Shown in pieces: positions 29,695-39,476 of a stretch of 64,000 bases of DNA. The translations under genes and the position numbers were made by a program. Positions within the stretch are counted from its first letter, which is position 1. Each line of letters opens with the position of its first letter. A model generated the notes under the pieces. The model was not told the origin of the DNA. It searched no databases and was given only the letters and a program-made list of their open reading frames with translations. This DNA comes from Patescibacteria group bacterium (GTDB lineage: Bacteria; Patescibacteriota; Microgenomatia; Woykebacterales; 2-01-FULL-43-14): the NCBI GenBank assembly GCA_023485445.1, contig JAMCZT010000026.1, positions 5,708 to 69,707 of the forward strand. The letters run 5' to 3'.

Positions 29695-31755
29695 GTGAAT
29701 GTAAATTCTTTTACTTCTTTTTATCCTGTCATTGTTATTGCTTATGTTATTTTTATCCTTTTAATGCCAAAAATAACCTTGTTCGGGCTTATTCCCACCC
29801 CCGTTCGAATTGAGGACTTTCTCTTGGTCCCGATTTTAATCGGCTTTGTTTTCTTCCTTATAGAAAAGAAAAAAATTTCAAAGCTTTCTAAAATTGGTTT
29901 GAATAAATATATCCTTATTTGGCTTTGTATTTTGCTTTTATCAACAGTGACTGGTTTAATTACGGGGATGCTTCACGATTATACTGGATTTCTTTTCTGG
30001 CTCCGATTTATTGAATACCTTGTCTTTTTCTATTTGGCCTATATTTCTCTAAGAAACCCTCTTGGGAAGAAATTTGTTTATATTTTGATTGTTCTTACCT
30101 TTCCAATTACCGTTTACGCTATTTTACAACGGATGGGCATTGTAGGTGGTTTCGGAGGTGGTTTTTACCAATATCGATGGGTATTAGGTACTGACCGTGC
30201 TTTTTCTACTTTTTCCGGTCCATATGAATTAGCAGCCTTTTACGTAATGGCTATTCCTTTAATTGCCAGTCAAATTTTATTTAATAAAAAATTATTTTTA
30301 CAATTAGCTTTATGGTTTTTATTTCTCTTAAACTTAATTGGGCTTGCTCTCACAAGTGCGCGCGTGCCTATTTTAGCAATTTTCTTTTCAATGCTTATTT
30401 TTTTTGTTTACGCAAAAAATAAAATTCTTGTAGTATTATTATTGATCTTATCAATTACCGTTCCTTTTTTTGCCTCATCTACATTAACAACTCGCTTCGA
30501 GCCCCTAGTTTCTGCTGGTCTAGATTTAGCTATGAAGACTGTAGGTATAAATAAAAATTTGATATTGACAAATAAAGAACAAACCACTTTAATAGCTAGT
30601 AGAAACACTACTTCCTCTCTAAATATTACAACGGAAGCCACAGGAGCGTCTGATTTAATTTCTCAAGTATCTACAAAAAGTTCTAATCTTACTGTGACAA
30701 AAACACCTGAACTTTCAACGACTTCGGCTGTTCAAGCTTCTGCACCAGCAATTCCCGTTGTACCGTTAAAAGAAAACTTGCTTTCAACTAGTAATTTTGA
30801 AACTAGCTTTGATACATGGTTAAAATATGGGAATGTAACTTTACGTACTCTGGAGTTAAAAAACGGTGATATTCAAAAGTACGTATTGGTTAATTACGAC
30901 AACACTCAAACTGTGTCTTATCCTGCTTTTGGACTTGGACTTACGCGTACTATCAGTGGACTGAATCCGAAAAAAACTTATGAATTAAGCGTTTGGTATT
31001 ATAAAGAATTAGGATCAACCTACGATAAAGATTCAAGGAGTTGGGTTTCCCCTCTTTATTGGCATGCCTATCGTGGAGGAAAGCCCCTTTCTCTCAATAG
31101 AGATGTGAAATTAATTTTGGGAATAAATCAAGCTCCTGGCAGTTGGGTTCTTAGCAAAATTGATTTCAGTAGTGTTGATGAACTCAGAGCTGTTCCTCCA
31201 GTAGGGTTCCTACCAACTGGAAAAATAAGAATTGATCAGATTAGTCTTGTGGAAATAGATGACAATAAAAATATATTGGAGCCAGTGACTGAGGTTGCAG
31301 CAACTCCTCCAGCCATAGATACCAGCAATAGTGTTTCAGGCTTAGGTCTAAATGAGTCTAGTTTAAATTGGAGATTAGACGTAACTTGGGCGAGAGTTAT
31401 AAATATGCTGAAAAAAAATCCAATTTTGGGAGGGGGTTTATCTTCGGTAGGGGTTGGGGTTGATAGTGAATACATGACATTACTCGGAGAATCGGGTATA
31501 GTTGGTTTAGTAATTTTTCTACTCCTAATTATGAGTATCGTGTTAAAAGAAAAACAGGCTTTTAAAAATTTTAATGAGTCTACTCAAAAATCTATAGTTT
31601 TAGGAGTTTTCGTTGGGACTATTGGCTTGCTCCTAAATGCAAGCTTTGCTGATGTTTTTAGAGCTTCAAAGGTTGCGATACTATTTTGGTTTTTAACCGG
31701 ATTGGTTTTGACCAGGATGAGATTAGAGAAAACAGATGATGAGCAGAAAACTTAA
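29695..31755 (+). CDS. Wzy/O-antigen-ligase-like polytopic membrane protein with a ~330-aa extracytoplasmic insert. The insert has a Ser/Thr-rich linker plus a putative beta-sandwich, carbohydrate-binding-like domain.
   Basis: GTG start with RBS aaggag. About 9 N-terminal TM helices precede an S/T-rich segment (TTLIASRNTTSSLNITTEATGAS...). A globular region (FETSFDTWLKYGNVTLRT...) follows, and then further C-terminal TM helices. Confidence 0.6.
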   Translation: MNVNSFTSFYPVIVIAYVIFILLMPKITLFGLIPTPVRIEDFLLVPILIGFVFFLIEKKKISKLSKIGLNKYILIWLCILLLSTVTGLITGMLHDYTGFLFWLRFIEYLVFFYLAYISLRNPLGKKFVYILIVLTFPITVYAILQRMGIVGGFGGGFYQYRWVLGTDRAFSTFSGPYELAAFYVMAIPLIASQILFNKKLFLQLALWFLFLLNLIGLALTSARVPILAIFFSMLIFFVYAKNKILVVLLLILSITVPFFASSTLTTRFEPLVSAGLDLAMKTVGINKNLILTNKEQTTLIASRNTTSSLNITTEATGASDLISQVSTKSSNLTVTKTPELSTTSAVQASAPAIPVVPLKENLLSTSNFETSFDTWLKYGNVTLRTLELKNGDIQKYVLVNYDNTQTVSYPAFGLGLTRTISGLNPKKTYELSVWYYKELGSTYDKDSRSWVSPLYWHAYRGGKPLSLNRDVKLILGINQAPGSWVLSKIDFSSVDELRAVPPVGFLPTGKIRIDQISLVEIDDNKNILEPVTEVAATPPAIDTSNSVSGLGLNESSLNWRLDVTWARVINMLKKNPILGGGLSSVGVGVDSEYMTLLGESGIVGLVIFLLLIMSIVLKEKQAFKNFNESTQKSIVLGVFVGTIGLLLNASFADVFRASKVAILFWFLTGLVLTRMRLEKTDDEQKT

Positions 31756-32650
31756 CTTAACTATCTTATCGATTGTTATCGTAAATTATAATACCAAGAC
31801 ACTCTTGAAGCAATGTTTAAAGTCTGTTTTTGCTTCAAAAGAAATTCCGATTAAAGTGTATGTGGTGGATAACGCTTCTACGGATGGTTCGATAGATTTG
31901 GTAAAGAAGGACTTTCCTCAAGCAACATTGATTAACAATAAAGAAAATCTAGGTTTTTCTAAGGCCAACAATCAGGCCTTGAGATTGGTTGATTCTAAAT
32001 ACGTTTTATTGTTAAACTCCGATACTGTAGTTTTGCCTGAGACATTCAAGGTGATGGTTGATTTTATGGAAAACCATCAAAAAGTAGGCGTAAGTACTTG
32101 TCGAGTGGAGCTACCAAACGGAAAGCTAGATCGAGCCTGTCGGAGAAGTTTTCCTACTCCCGCTCGATCCCTATGGCATATGCTTTTCTTATCCAAAGTT
32201 TTTCCAAAAAATAGTCTCTTTGCCCAATATAATCTGACTTTCTTACCTGAACATAAAACCTACGAGATCGATTGTCCGATGGGAGCCTTTTTCTTAGTTC
32301 GAAAAGAGGCGATAGATCGGGTGGGATTTTTAGACGAGGATTTTTTTATGTATGGGGAAGATATTGATTGGGCTTACCGCTTTAAAAAAGATGGTTGGAA
32401 AATCATGTATCATCCCGCGACAAAAATTATTCACTATAAAAAGGCCAGTTGGGGAAGTAAGCGAAACCCAGTTTTGGTAAAAGAGTTTCACCGTGCAATG
32501 CATATTTTTTACCATAAGCACTATAGCTTGATCTACCCAACTTGGCAAACAAAACTGGTAATGGTAGGGATAAATTTTAAATGTTGGGGAGCGCTGGCGA
32601 TTAACAAGATAAAAAGAGGTGAAAGAATAAACTCAAAAGTCCAAGTATAA
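31736..32650 (+). CDS. GT2 glycosyltransferase (WbbL-like; paralog of 13910-14734)
   Basis: IVNYNTKTLLKQCL...VVDNASTDGS...NLGFSKANN. Confidence 0.8.
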   Translation: MMSRKLNLTILSIVIVNYNTKTLLKQCLKSVFASKEIPIKVYVVDNASTDGSIDLVKKDFPQATLINNKENLGFSKANNQALRLVDSKYVLLLNSDTVVLPETFKVMVDFMENHQKVGVSTCRVELPNGKLDRACRRSFPTPARSLWHMLFLSKVFPKNSLFAQYNLTFLPEHKTYEIDCPMGAFFLVRKEAIDRVGFLDEDFFMYGEDIDWAYRFKKDGWKIMYHPATKIIHYKKASWGSKRNPVLVKEFHRAMHIFYHKHYSLIYPTWQTKLVMVGINFKCWGALAINKIKRGERINSKVQV

Positions 32651-32715
32651 ATTCAAAATATTGGTTCTCTTTACTTTTGACTTTTGCATTTTATTTTGAT
32701 TAATTTGGAGTAAGT

Positions 32716-33852
32716 ATGAAAGTTGGAATCGATGCTCGATTTTTGGGACCAGAGGGGACAGGAATTGGTCGTTACGTTGAAAAACTTTTAGATGAACTTC
32801 AATTAATCGACAAGGAAAATCAATACGTAGTTTTTTTAAGAAAATCTAATTACCACCTCTTCCAACCTAAAAATCAAAATTTCTCAAAAACTTTATCCGA
32901 CGCTCGTTGGTATTCTCTAAAGGAACAAATGGTAATGCCTTTTAAAATTCAACAAGCGAAAGTAGACCTGATGCATTTTCCGCATTTTAACATCCCTGTT
33001 TTTTGGCCCGGGCCTTTTATCGTAACCATCCACGATCTTATCAAAAGCGAATTTAGTGGGGCCAGTTCGACCACTAGAGTTTTGCCGATTTATTATTTTA
33101 AACATCTCGTTTACGCGAATGTAATGTCTCAAGCGGTTAGAAGATCGAAGAAAATTATTGTTCCTACTCAGTTTACAAAACAAAAGTTAATCGATAAACT
33201 AGACGTGCCGGCCGAAAAAATTGCCGTTACTTACGAGGCAGCCGACCAAAACTTTTTTGAGTGGGGAAAGAAACAGATCAGTGACGGGAAAATAAAACAA
33301 ATCCTTTGTAAGTACGGATTGTCAAAACCGTATTTGATTTACGTGGGGAATGCGTATCCGTATAAGAATATAGATCGGTTGCTGGAAGCGATGAAACTGA
33401 TGAACCCGAATATAAAATTAATTAACCCCTGTACTCGGAGCGCTTTTTATGATCGACTGGGTGATAAAGTAAGACAACTTGGTTTGCAGAATCGGGTGGT
33501 TCTACCGGGATTTGTGCCGGATGAAGAATTAGCCGTGCTCTATCGGGCGGCTGAAGTTTACGTTTTCCCCTCCCTGTCAGAAGGGTTTGGAATTCCGATG
33601 CTGGAGGCGTTTGCTTCCGGTTTGCCGGTAGCAGCTTCAAACGCCTCGCCTTTGCTAGAAGTAGGCGGAAAAGCGGCAGTTTACTTTGATCCTTACTCTC
33701 CTTCTGATATGGCCAAAAAGATTGAAGAAGTGGCAACAAATAGGGAAATGCGCCGTGAGTTAATAAAAAAAGGATTTGAGCGTGCCGCGGAATTTAGTTG
33801 GCGAAGAACAGCGGAAGAGACGCTAAAAGTATACAAAAATGCTCTCATTTAG
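32716..33852 (+). CDS. GT4 glycosyltransferase
   Basis: GFGIPMLEAFASGLPVAAS motif. Confidence 0.8.
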   Translation: MKVGIDARFLGPEGTGIGRYVEKLLDELQLIDKENQYVVFLRKSNYHLFQPKNQNFSKTLSDARWYSLKEQMVMPFKIQQAKVDLMHFPHFNIPVFWPGPFIVTIHDLIKSEFSGASSTTRVLPIYYFKHLVYANVMSQAVRRSKKIIVPTQFTKQKLIDKLDVPAEKIAVTYEAADQNFFEWGKKQISDGKIKQILCKYGLSKPYLIYVGNAYPYKNIDRLLEAMKLMNPNIKLINPCTRSAFYDRLGDKVRQLGLQNRVVLPGFVPDEELAVLYRAAEVYVFPSLSEGFGIPMLEAFASGLPVAASNASPLLEVGGKAAVYFDPYSPSDMAKKIEEVATNREMRRELIKKGFERAAEFSWRRTAEETLKVYKNALI

Positions 33853-33856
33853 TTGT

Positions 33857-34948
33857 ATGAAAATAGCTATTGTTCATGATTATTTATTTCAATATGGGGG
33901 TGCGGAAAAAGTTTTAGAGGCCATGCATGAAGTTTGGCCAGATGCTCCCATCTACACCTCTGTTTATATAAAAAAAGAGATGGAGAAAGCTGGTTTTAAC
34001 GATCAGGGAATGGATATCCGTTCTACTTGGATGCAAGCTCTGCCTTTCAAAAAAGACCTTTTTAAAGCTTATTTTATGTTTTATCCGCTGGCTTTCCGTT
34101 CCCTTAACCTAAGTCAATATGACGTAGTGATTAGCTCCAGCTCTTACGCTGCCCATCACGCTCGCGCAAGTCAATCCGGATTACATATTTGTTACTGCCA
34201 TACTCCTTCTCGCTACCTTTATGGTTATGACACTGAACTCGATCACCAAAAAATAAAGAAAATCTTTCCCTTTATGCCGTTACTTTACCACATCGTGAGG
34301 AAATGGGATAGAAATTCCGCAAAGAAGATTAACTTTTATTTGACAAACTCTAATGAAGTGCGAGAAAGAGTAAAGAAGCACTACACATGCGACTCGGAGG
34401 TTATTTATCCTCCGGTGGAGATTAAAAAATTTTTAAAAGTTGATCCTCAGAAAGGGGAATACTTTTTTACTTATGGACGGTTAGTTGCTCATAAAAGGGT
34501 GGATCTCATTGTGGAAGCTTTTAACCAGCTGGGTCTTCCTTTGAAAATTGCCGGTTCTGGGTTGGAGCTTGACAATTTGAAGAAGAAAGCAAAATCTAAT
34601 ATTGAATTTCTAGGCCGAATCGATGATTCTGAGTTGGTCAAGTATTTAAGCCGTTGTTACGGAGTGATTTTTGCTGCTAACGAGGACTTCGGGATCGTGC
34701 CAGTTGAGACAATGGCGGCGGGAAAGCCCGTTATTGCTTATCGAGCGGGTGGTGTGCTAGAATCAATATTACCAGGGAAAACCGGTGAGTTTTTTTACCC
34801 ACAGACTACGGAAGCTTTGGTTGAAGCAATTAGAAAATTTAAGCCTCAAGACTACGATCCGGCCGTCTGTCGGAAACAAGCAGAGAATTTTGATAAAGAA
34901 CGGTTTAAAGAAAAAATACAAAAGTTTGTCGAAGAGAAATTTTCTTGA
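33857..34948 (+). CDS. GT4 glycosyltransferase (mannosyltransferase-like)
   Basis: Start taken at the internal ATG (MKIAIVHDYLFQYGGAEKV). The track ORF starts at 33839. Confidence 0.72.
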   Translation: MKIAIVHDYLFQYGGAEKVLEAMHEVWPDAPIYTSVYIKKEMEKAGFNDQGMDIRSTWMQALPFKKDLFKAYFMFYPLAFRSLNLSQYDVVISSSSYAAHHARASQSGLHICYCHTPSRYLYGYDTELDHQKIKKIFPFMPLLYHIVRKWDRNSAKKINFYLTNSNEVRERVKKHYTCDSEVIYPPVEIKKFLKVDPQKGEYFFTYGRLVAHKRVDLIVEAFNQLGLPLKIAGSGLELDNLKKKAKSNIEFLGRIDDSELVKYLSRCYGVIFAANEDFGIVPVETMAAGKPVIAYRAGGVLESILPGKTGEFFYPQTTEALVEAIRKFKPQDYDPAVCRKQAENFDKERFKEKIQKFVEEKFS

Positions 34949-34964
34949 GACCTTGGGGGTGATA

Positions 34965-36068
34965 ATGGATTTGAAACAACATACCTATGCTTTAATTCTT
35001 GCTGGGGGCGGAGGAAGCCGTCTTTGGCCTAAGTCAAGGAAAATTAAACCAAAACACCTTTTGAATTTAATTAGTAATGAAAAGACGATGATCCAAAAAA
35101 CAGCTGATCGGATCACTCCGCTTATCCCGTGGCAAAATATTTTCGTGGTGACGACCGAGAGTTACGTGGCCGAAACGAAGATGCAGTTGCCTCAGCTGCC
35201 TCTCGGCAATATTATTTCCGAGCCCTTTGGACTTAATACCGCTTGGGCGATGGGGTTAGGGGCAGTTTATATTCGAGCGAGAGACGAGAAAGCCGTTATC
35301 ATTAATTTAGCCGCCGATCATTTGATCGAAAATGAAGGTCGATTTAGGAAAGCCGTTAAAGCGGCCGCTAAGGTTGCTCAAAGTGGTAATTATCTCGTGA
35401 CGATTGGGATTTACCCGTCTTTCGCCAACACCGGTTTAGGTTATATCCGAAGCGGGAAAGAAATTAAACACGTTGATGGCTTACCGGTTTTTAGTGTTAA
35501 AGGGTTTACCGAGAAGCCAGATTTAGCGACCGCTCAGGCCTTTCTCGCCACGAAGGAGTATTTTTGGAACGCGAACCTTTACACTTGGAAAGCGGACGCC
35601 GTAATTAAAGCGATCGAAAAACATCTTCCGAAAGTTGGGCGCGGGCTAATCGAGATTGCGGCGCATTTGGGGAAAAGCGACGAAAAAGCCGTTCTCGCCT
35701 CGGTTTATGAAAATGCGGTAGAAGCTCAGATTGATAAAGGAGTTTCCGAGAAAGCCGATAATTTGATTATGATTCCGGGAAACTTTGATTGGAATGACGT
35801 CGGGGATTGGTCAATCTTGCATGATGTTTCTCCAACCAATCGAGGGACCCACACCTTGATTGGTGATCCCGCTTCTGACTTGATCTCTTATGAGTCGGAA
35901 AGGTGCTTGGTTCATGGTTCAAAACGTTTGGTAGCTTTGGTGGGCCTGAAAGATATTGTCGTGGTTGATACTGATGACGCGATTTTGGTGTGTCCCCGCG
36001 ATCGAGCCCAAGACGTGAAGAAGTTGGTGGAAAAACTTAAAGAAGAAGGTAAGGAAAAATACCTTTGA
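34965..36068 (+). CDS. manC: Mannose-1-phosphate guanylyltransferase (GDP-mannose pyrophosphorylase)
   Basis: Start taken at the internal ATG (MDLKQHTYALILAGGGGSRLWP), the canonical ManC N-terminus. The upstream part of the track ORF overlaps the preceding gene. Confidence 0.85.
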   Translation: MDLKQHTYALILAGGGGSRLWPKSRKIKPKHLLNLISNEKTMIQKTADRITPLIPWQNIFVVTTESYVAETKMQLPQLPLGNIISEPFGLNTAWAMGLGAVYIRARDEKAVIINLAADHLIENEGRFRKAVKAAAKVAQSGNYLVTIGIYPSFANTGLGYIRSGKEIKHVDGLPVFSVKGFTEKPDLATAQAFLATKEYFWNANLYTWKADAVIKAIEKHLPKVGRGLIEIAAHLGKSDEKAVLASVYENAVEAQIDKGVSEKADNLIMIPGNFDWNDVGDWSILHDVSPTNRGTHTLIGDPASDLISYESERCLVHGSKRLVALVGLKDIVVVDTDDAILVCPRDRAQDVKKLVEKLKEEGKEKYL

Positions 36069-36088
36069 TTTCTTTGAGGGCTTAAAAA

Positions 36089-36715
36089 ATGTTTTATGAC
36101 GCTTCTAAAAGATTAATTGATATTTTAGGGTCTGTCTTTGGTTTAGTTTTACTTTCTCCGTTGTTTTTACTTGTTGGAATATTAATTAAACTTGATTCGC
36201 CTGGTTCAATATTTTATTCCCATAAGCGAGTCGGAAGAGGCGGCGACGAATTTCCTTTGTATAAGTTCCGTTCTATGGTCCGAAATGCCGACGCTATCCT
36301 TTGGTCAGACCCGAAGCTCTTAGCCGAATACAAGAAAAGTAGTTTTAAGTTAAATAACGATCCTCGGGTAACTCGAGTGGGAAGGATCATCCGAAAATTT
36401 AGCATTGATGAACTTCCACAGTTTTGGAATATTTTAAAAGGGCAGATGAGCGTTGTTGGCCCCCGTCCATACCTTAAAAAGGAATTAGAAGATCAACAAA
36501 AAGTCTATCCCCAAACTAGAGAGTTGATCAAGGCCCTTCTTCTAGTCAAGCCCGGGGTGACTGGGTTTTGGCAGGTAAGCGGGAGAAGCGATGTAAACTT
36601 TGACGAACGGATCAAGATGGATGTGGAGTACGTCAAGAGGCGTTCATTGGTTTATGATTTTAGCATTATGATAGAAACTATTCCAGCGGTAATTAAAGGT
36701 CGGGGGGCTCGTTAG
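36089..36715 (+). CDS. Polyprenyl-phosphate sugar phosphotransferase (Bac_transf domain; initiating transferase, WbaP/PglC-like small form)
   Basis: ILGSVFGLVLLSPLFLLVGILIKLDSPGSIFYSHKRVGRGG...PLYKFRSM is diagnostic of the Bac_transf domain. Confidence 0.88.
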   Translation: MFYDASKRLIDILGSVFGLVLLSPLFLLVGILIKLDSPGSIFYSHKRVGRGGDEFPLYKFRSMVRNADAILWSDPKLLAEYKKSSFKLNNDPRVTRVGRIIRKFSIDELPQFWNILKGQMSVVGPRPYLKKELEDQQKVYPQTRELIKALLLVKPGVTGFWQVSGRSDVNFDERIKMDVEYVKRRSLVYDFSIMIETIPAVIKGRGAR

Positions 36716-38620
36716 ATGAGTACTATTAACACCGTTGATTTTAAACTTGAGAAAAAGGATCTTAAAACTCGAATTTTGAGAGTTTTAAAAGATAGAAAAT
36801 TCTGGAAGAAAGTAGTTATTTCGACAGGTGTTCTTGTTTTTATTCTAGCCCTTATTGGCGCCATCGGCTACTTTCTGTTTTATCCAAAAATAAAAGATCT
36901 TTCTAACCAATTAAAAGTAACGATGGCGCAAGCTAAGAAAGTTAACGTTGCCGTCCAAGACCAGAACGTGGTTACGGCAAAAGAGGAATTGACGACGCTA
37001 AAGGAAGCTGTCGAGAAGACGGAAAAGTCTTTTGATTCGCTTGGTTTCTTTAGTTCCTTACCCTGGGTTGGGGGTTATTTCAGTGACGCGAGGCATGCTT
37101 TTAATGCTGGTTATGAGGCAATTGATGCCGGTTTAATCATTACTGATTCCTTAATTCCTTTCGCCGATACTTTAGGCCTAAAGGGGGTGGCTAGTAGTGA
37201 CACCGCTGAGAATAAAATGCAGAAAATTGTCCAGGCAATTCCGAAAATAGTTCCGAATTTAGACAAAATAGAAGCGAAATTAAAATTAGTAAGAGGCGAA
37301 ATTGACCAGGTTGACCCGAATCGTTATCCAGAGGAATTTTTAGGTTATAAAATTAAATCAACCATTGGGGATGCTAAGTCCCAGATAGATAATATTGAAT
37401 CTTTCATGCCGGAGATTCGACCAATCCTTTTGGCTCTTCCGCCTGCGCTAGGCGAACCATCTCCGAAAACTTATCTCATCCTCTTCCAGAATGACAAAGA
37501 GCTTCGAGCGACGGGAGGTTTCATTACCTCTTACGCCATTGCCAAGATCAACCAGGGCAAACTAGGAGATATAAAGTCTGATGATATTTATAATATGGAT
37601 GATCGGATTAACGCGAAGTTTCCTGTTCCTCAACCAGTCCGAGATTATTTAAAACTTTCCACCTACCATCTTCGAGATGCAAACCTTTCCCCAGATTTTG
37701 TCACTTCAATGCAGGAAGTGGAAAAATTTTATAATAAATATCCCGCGAAAGAAAAAATTGACGGAATAATTGCCCTTGACACTGAATTTGTTCGTAGTTT
37801 GCTCGAAGTTACTGGGCCAATAAAGACTAGTCAATATGGTGAATCTTTTTCCGCAGACCTCAATGATAAGGGGATTCCTGATGTTGTTTATAAACTAGAA
37901 CTTTATTCCGAACAACTACTGATGGGAAAGGAAAATAGAAAAGCCTTGATTGGGGACCTAATGAGCGCTCTTTTGGCGAAAGTATTGAATGCTCCTCAGA
38001 AACAATGGCAGCCTTTGATGAATATTTTTATGAAGACCGCTCAAGAGAAACACTTTTTAACCTACAGCCATGATCCGAAAGTCCAATCTATTCTGGAAAA
38101 ATACGATTGGGCGGGAAGAGTCAAAGATTACAAAGGAGATTATTTACATGTAAACGATAGCAATTTTGCTGGGGGGAAAGCTAATCTTTATATTAAAGAA
38201 AAGATAGAGCAGAATATAAAGATTGACTCCGATGGGACTGTGACAAAGACAGTTACTGTTACCTTAAAAAATCCTCAAGCTAATGACGGCTGGTTAAATA
38301 AGCTTTATTATGATTGGATGCGGATTTATGTTCCAGAGGGGAGTAAACTCGAATCAAGCAAGGCTTGGCAAGATGTAACTGTTGACCAAGAACTTGGAAA
38401 AACATTTTTTAAGACTTACACTCACGTTTATCCAAAAGATTCAAATTCCGTAACAGTGACTTACAAACTTCCGTTTAAGCTTTCCAAAGGAGAAGAGTAC
38501 AAGCTTTTGATGCAGAAGCAACCGGGGACGAATGGGCCCGAAGTAGTGATTAAAATTAATGGCAAGGAAAAGGAAAAGTTTACTTTGACGACAGATAAAG
38601 AAGTTAAGATAAAAATTTAG
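36716..38620 (+). CDS. Large membrane-anchored extracytoplasmic protein (single N-terminal TM), possibly of the DUF4012 family. It is the terminal gene of the glycan locus.
   Basis: 634 aa with the TM at FWKKVVISTGVLVFILALIGAIGYFLF. The family assignment comes from memory of its architecture and context only. Confidence 0.45.
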   Translation: MSTINTVDFKLEKKDLKTRILRVLKDRKFWKKVVISTGVLVFILALIGAIGYFLFYPKIKDLSNQLKVTMAQAKKVNVAVQDQNVVTAKEELTTLKEAVEKTEKSFDSLGFFSSLPWVGGYFSDARHAFNAGYEAIDAGLIITDSLIPFADTLGLKGVASSDTAENKMQKIVQAIPKIVPNLDKIEAKLKLVRGEIDQVDPNRYPEEFLGYKIKSTIGDAKSQIDNIESFMPEIRPILLALPPALGEPSPKTYLILFQNDKELRATGGFITSYAIAKINQGKLGDIKSDDIYNMDDRINAKFPVPQPVRDYLKLSTYHLRDANLSPDFVTSMQEVEKFYNKYPAKEKIDGIIALDTEFVRSLLEVTGPIKTSQYGESFSADLNDKGIPDVVYKLELYSEQLLMGKENRKALIGDLMSALLAKVLNAPQKQWQPLMNIFMKTAQEKHFLTYSHDPKVQSILEKYDWAGRVKDYKGDYLHVNDSNFAGGKANLYIKEKIEQNIKIDSDGTVTKTVTVTLKNPQANDGWLNKLYYDWMRIYVPEGSKLESSKAWQDVTVDQELGKTFFKTYTHVYPKDSNSVTVTYKLPFKLSKGEEYKLLMQKQPGTNGPEVVIKINGKEKEKFTLTTDKEVKIKI

Positions 38621-38658
38621 CTTTAATTACTTGTAATTCCTTATGATAAAATAAAGCA

Positions 38659-39471
38659 ATGGCAACTTATCGGACAGAAGGTGTGGTTTTGAAACGAATC
38701 GATTACGGAGAGGCTGATCGAATCCTCACTATTTTTTCCAAAAACAAGGGCAAAATTACGGCGATGGCCAAAGGAGTGCGCCGCATGGAAAGCCGCAAGG
38801 GCGGCAACGTCGAACTTTTTAACCACACCGCCTTCTTGATGGCCGAGGGAAGGGGTATGGACATTGTCACCGAAGCAGAGGTGATCAATTCCTTTAGCCA
38901 ACTAAGGGAAAACCTTGAGTTGGTCAGTTACACTTATCATCTAATTGAATTGGTTGATCAATTCACAGAAGAAGTTCAAGAGAATTATCAATTGTTTATA
39001 TTGCTTTTGGAAGTTTTGCGGCGGGTAAATGGGTTTACCGGCGCAAATTACTCATCCGTTACTCTGGGAGGAGAAGCGAGTCTAGAATCTGATAATAAAA
39101 TTAAAATTTACTTAAGGGCTTTTGAAGTCAAATTGCTTAATTTGATTGGTTATCGACCTCAACTTTCAGATTGTGTTCACTGCAATCGGTCTCTGTTGCC
39201 AGAAAATAACTTTTTTTCACCTTTTCTAGGTGGTATTGTTTGCCAAGAATGTGTTAATATAGATTCAGATTTTCGGCCGATTTCTAAGGAAGCGATTAAA
39301 GTGGTGCGATTTTTGCAAGATAGATCTTGGGATCAGGTTGAGAAGTTAAAGATTTCTTTGGATTTACAGTTGGAAGTTGAACAGCAGCTGCGAGAGTATA
39401 TCGAGTTTTTGTTGGAAAAAGAATTGAAGTCGGCGAAATTTATCGAAAGAGTAAAAAATACGAAAGGTTAA
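38659..39471 (+). CDS. recO: DNA repair protein RecO
   Basis: The N-terminal OB-fold pattern TEGVVLKRIDYGEADRILTIFS and the C-terminal zinc motif CVHC...CQEC. Confidence 0.88.
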   Translation: MATYRTEGVVLKRIDYGEADRILTIFSKNKGKITAMAKGVRRMESRKGGNVELFNHTAFLMAEGRGMDIVTEAEVINSFSQLRENLELVSYTYHLIELVDQFTEEVQENYQLFILLLEVLRRVNGFTGANYSSVTLGGEASLESDNKIKIYLRAFEVKLLNLIGYRPQLSDCVHCNRSLLPENNFFSPFLGGIVCQECVNIDSDFRPISKEAIKVVRFLQDRSWDQVEKLKISLDLQLEVEQQLREYIEFLLEKELKSAKFIERVKNTKG

Positions 39472-39476
39472 AATTT

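Noticed and set aside
36214-36405. Minus-strand ORF 36214-36405 inside the sugar-transferase gene
   Set aside because: It is antisense to a gene with diagnostic Bac_transf motifs, and its 63-aa translation has no features.
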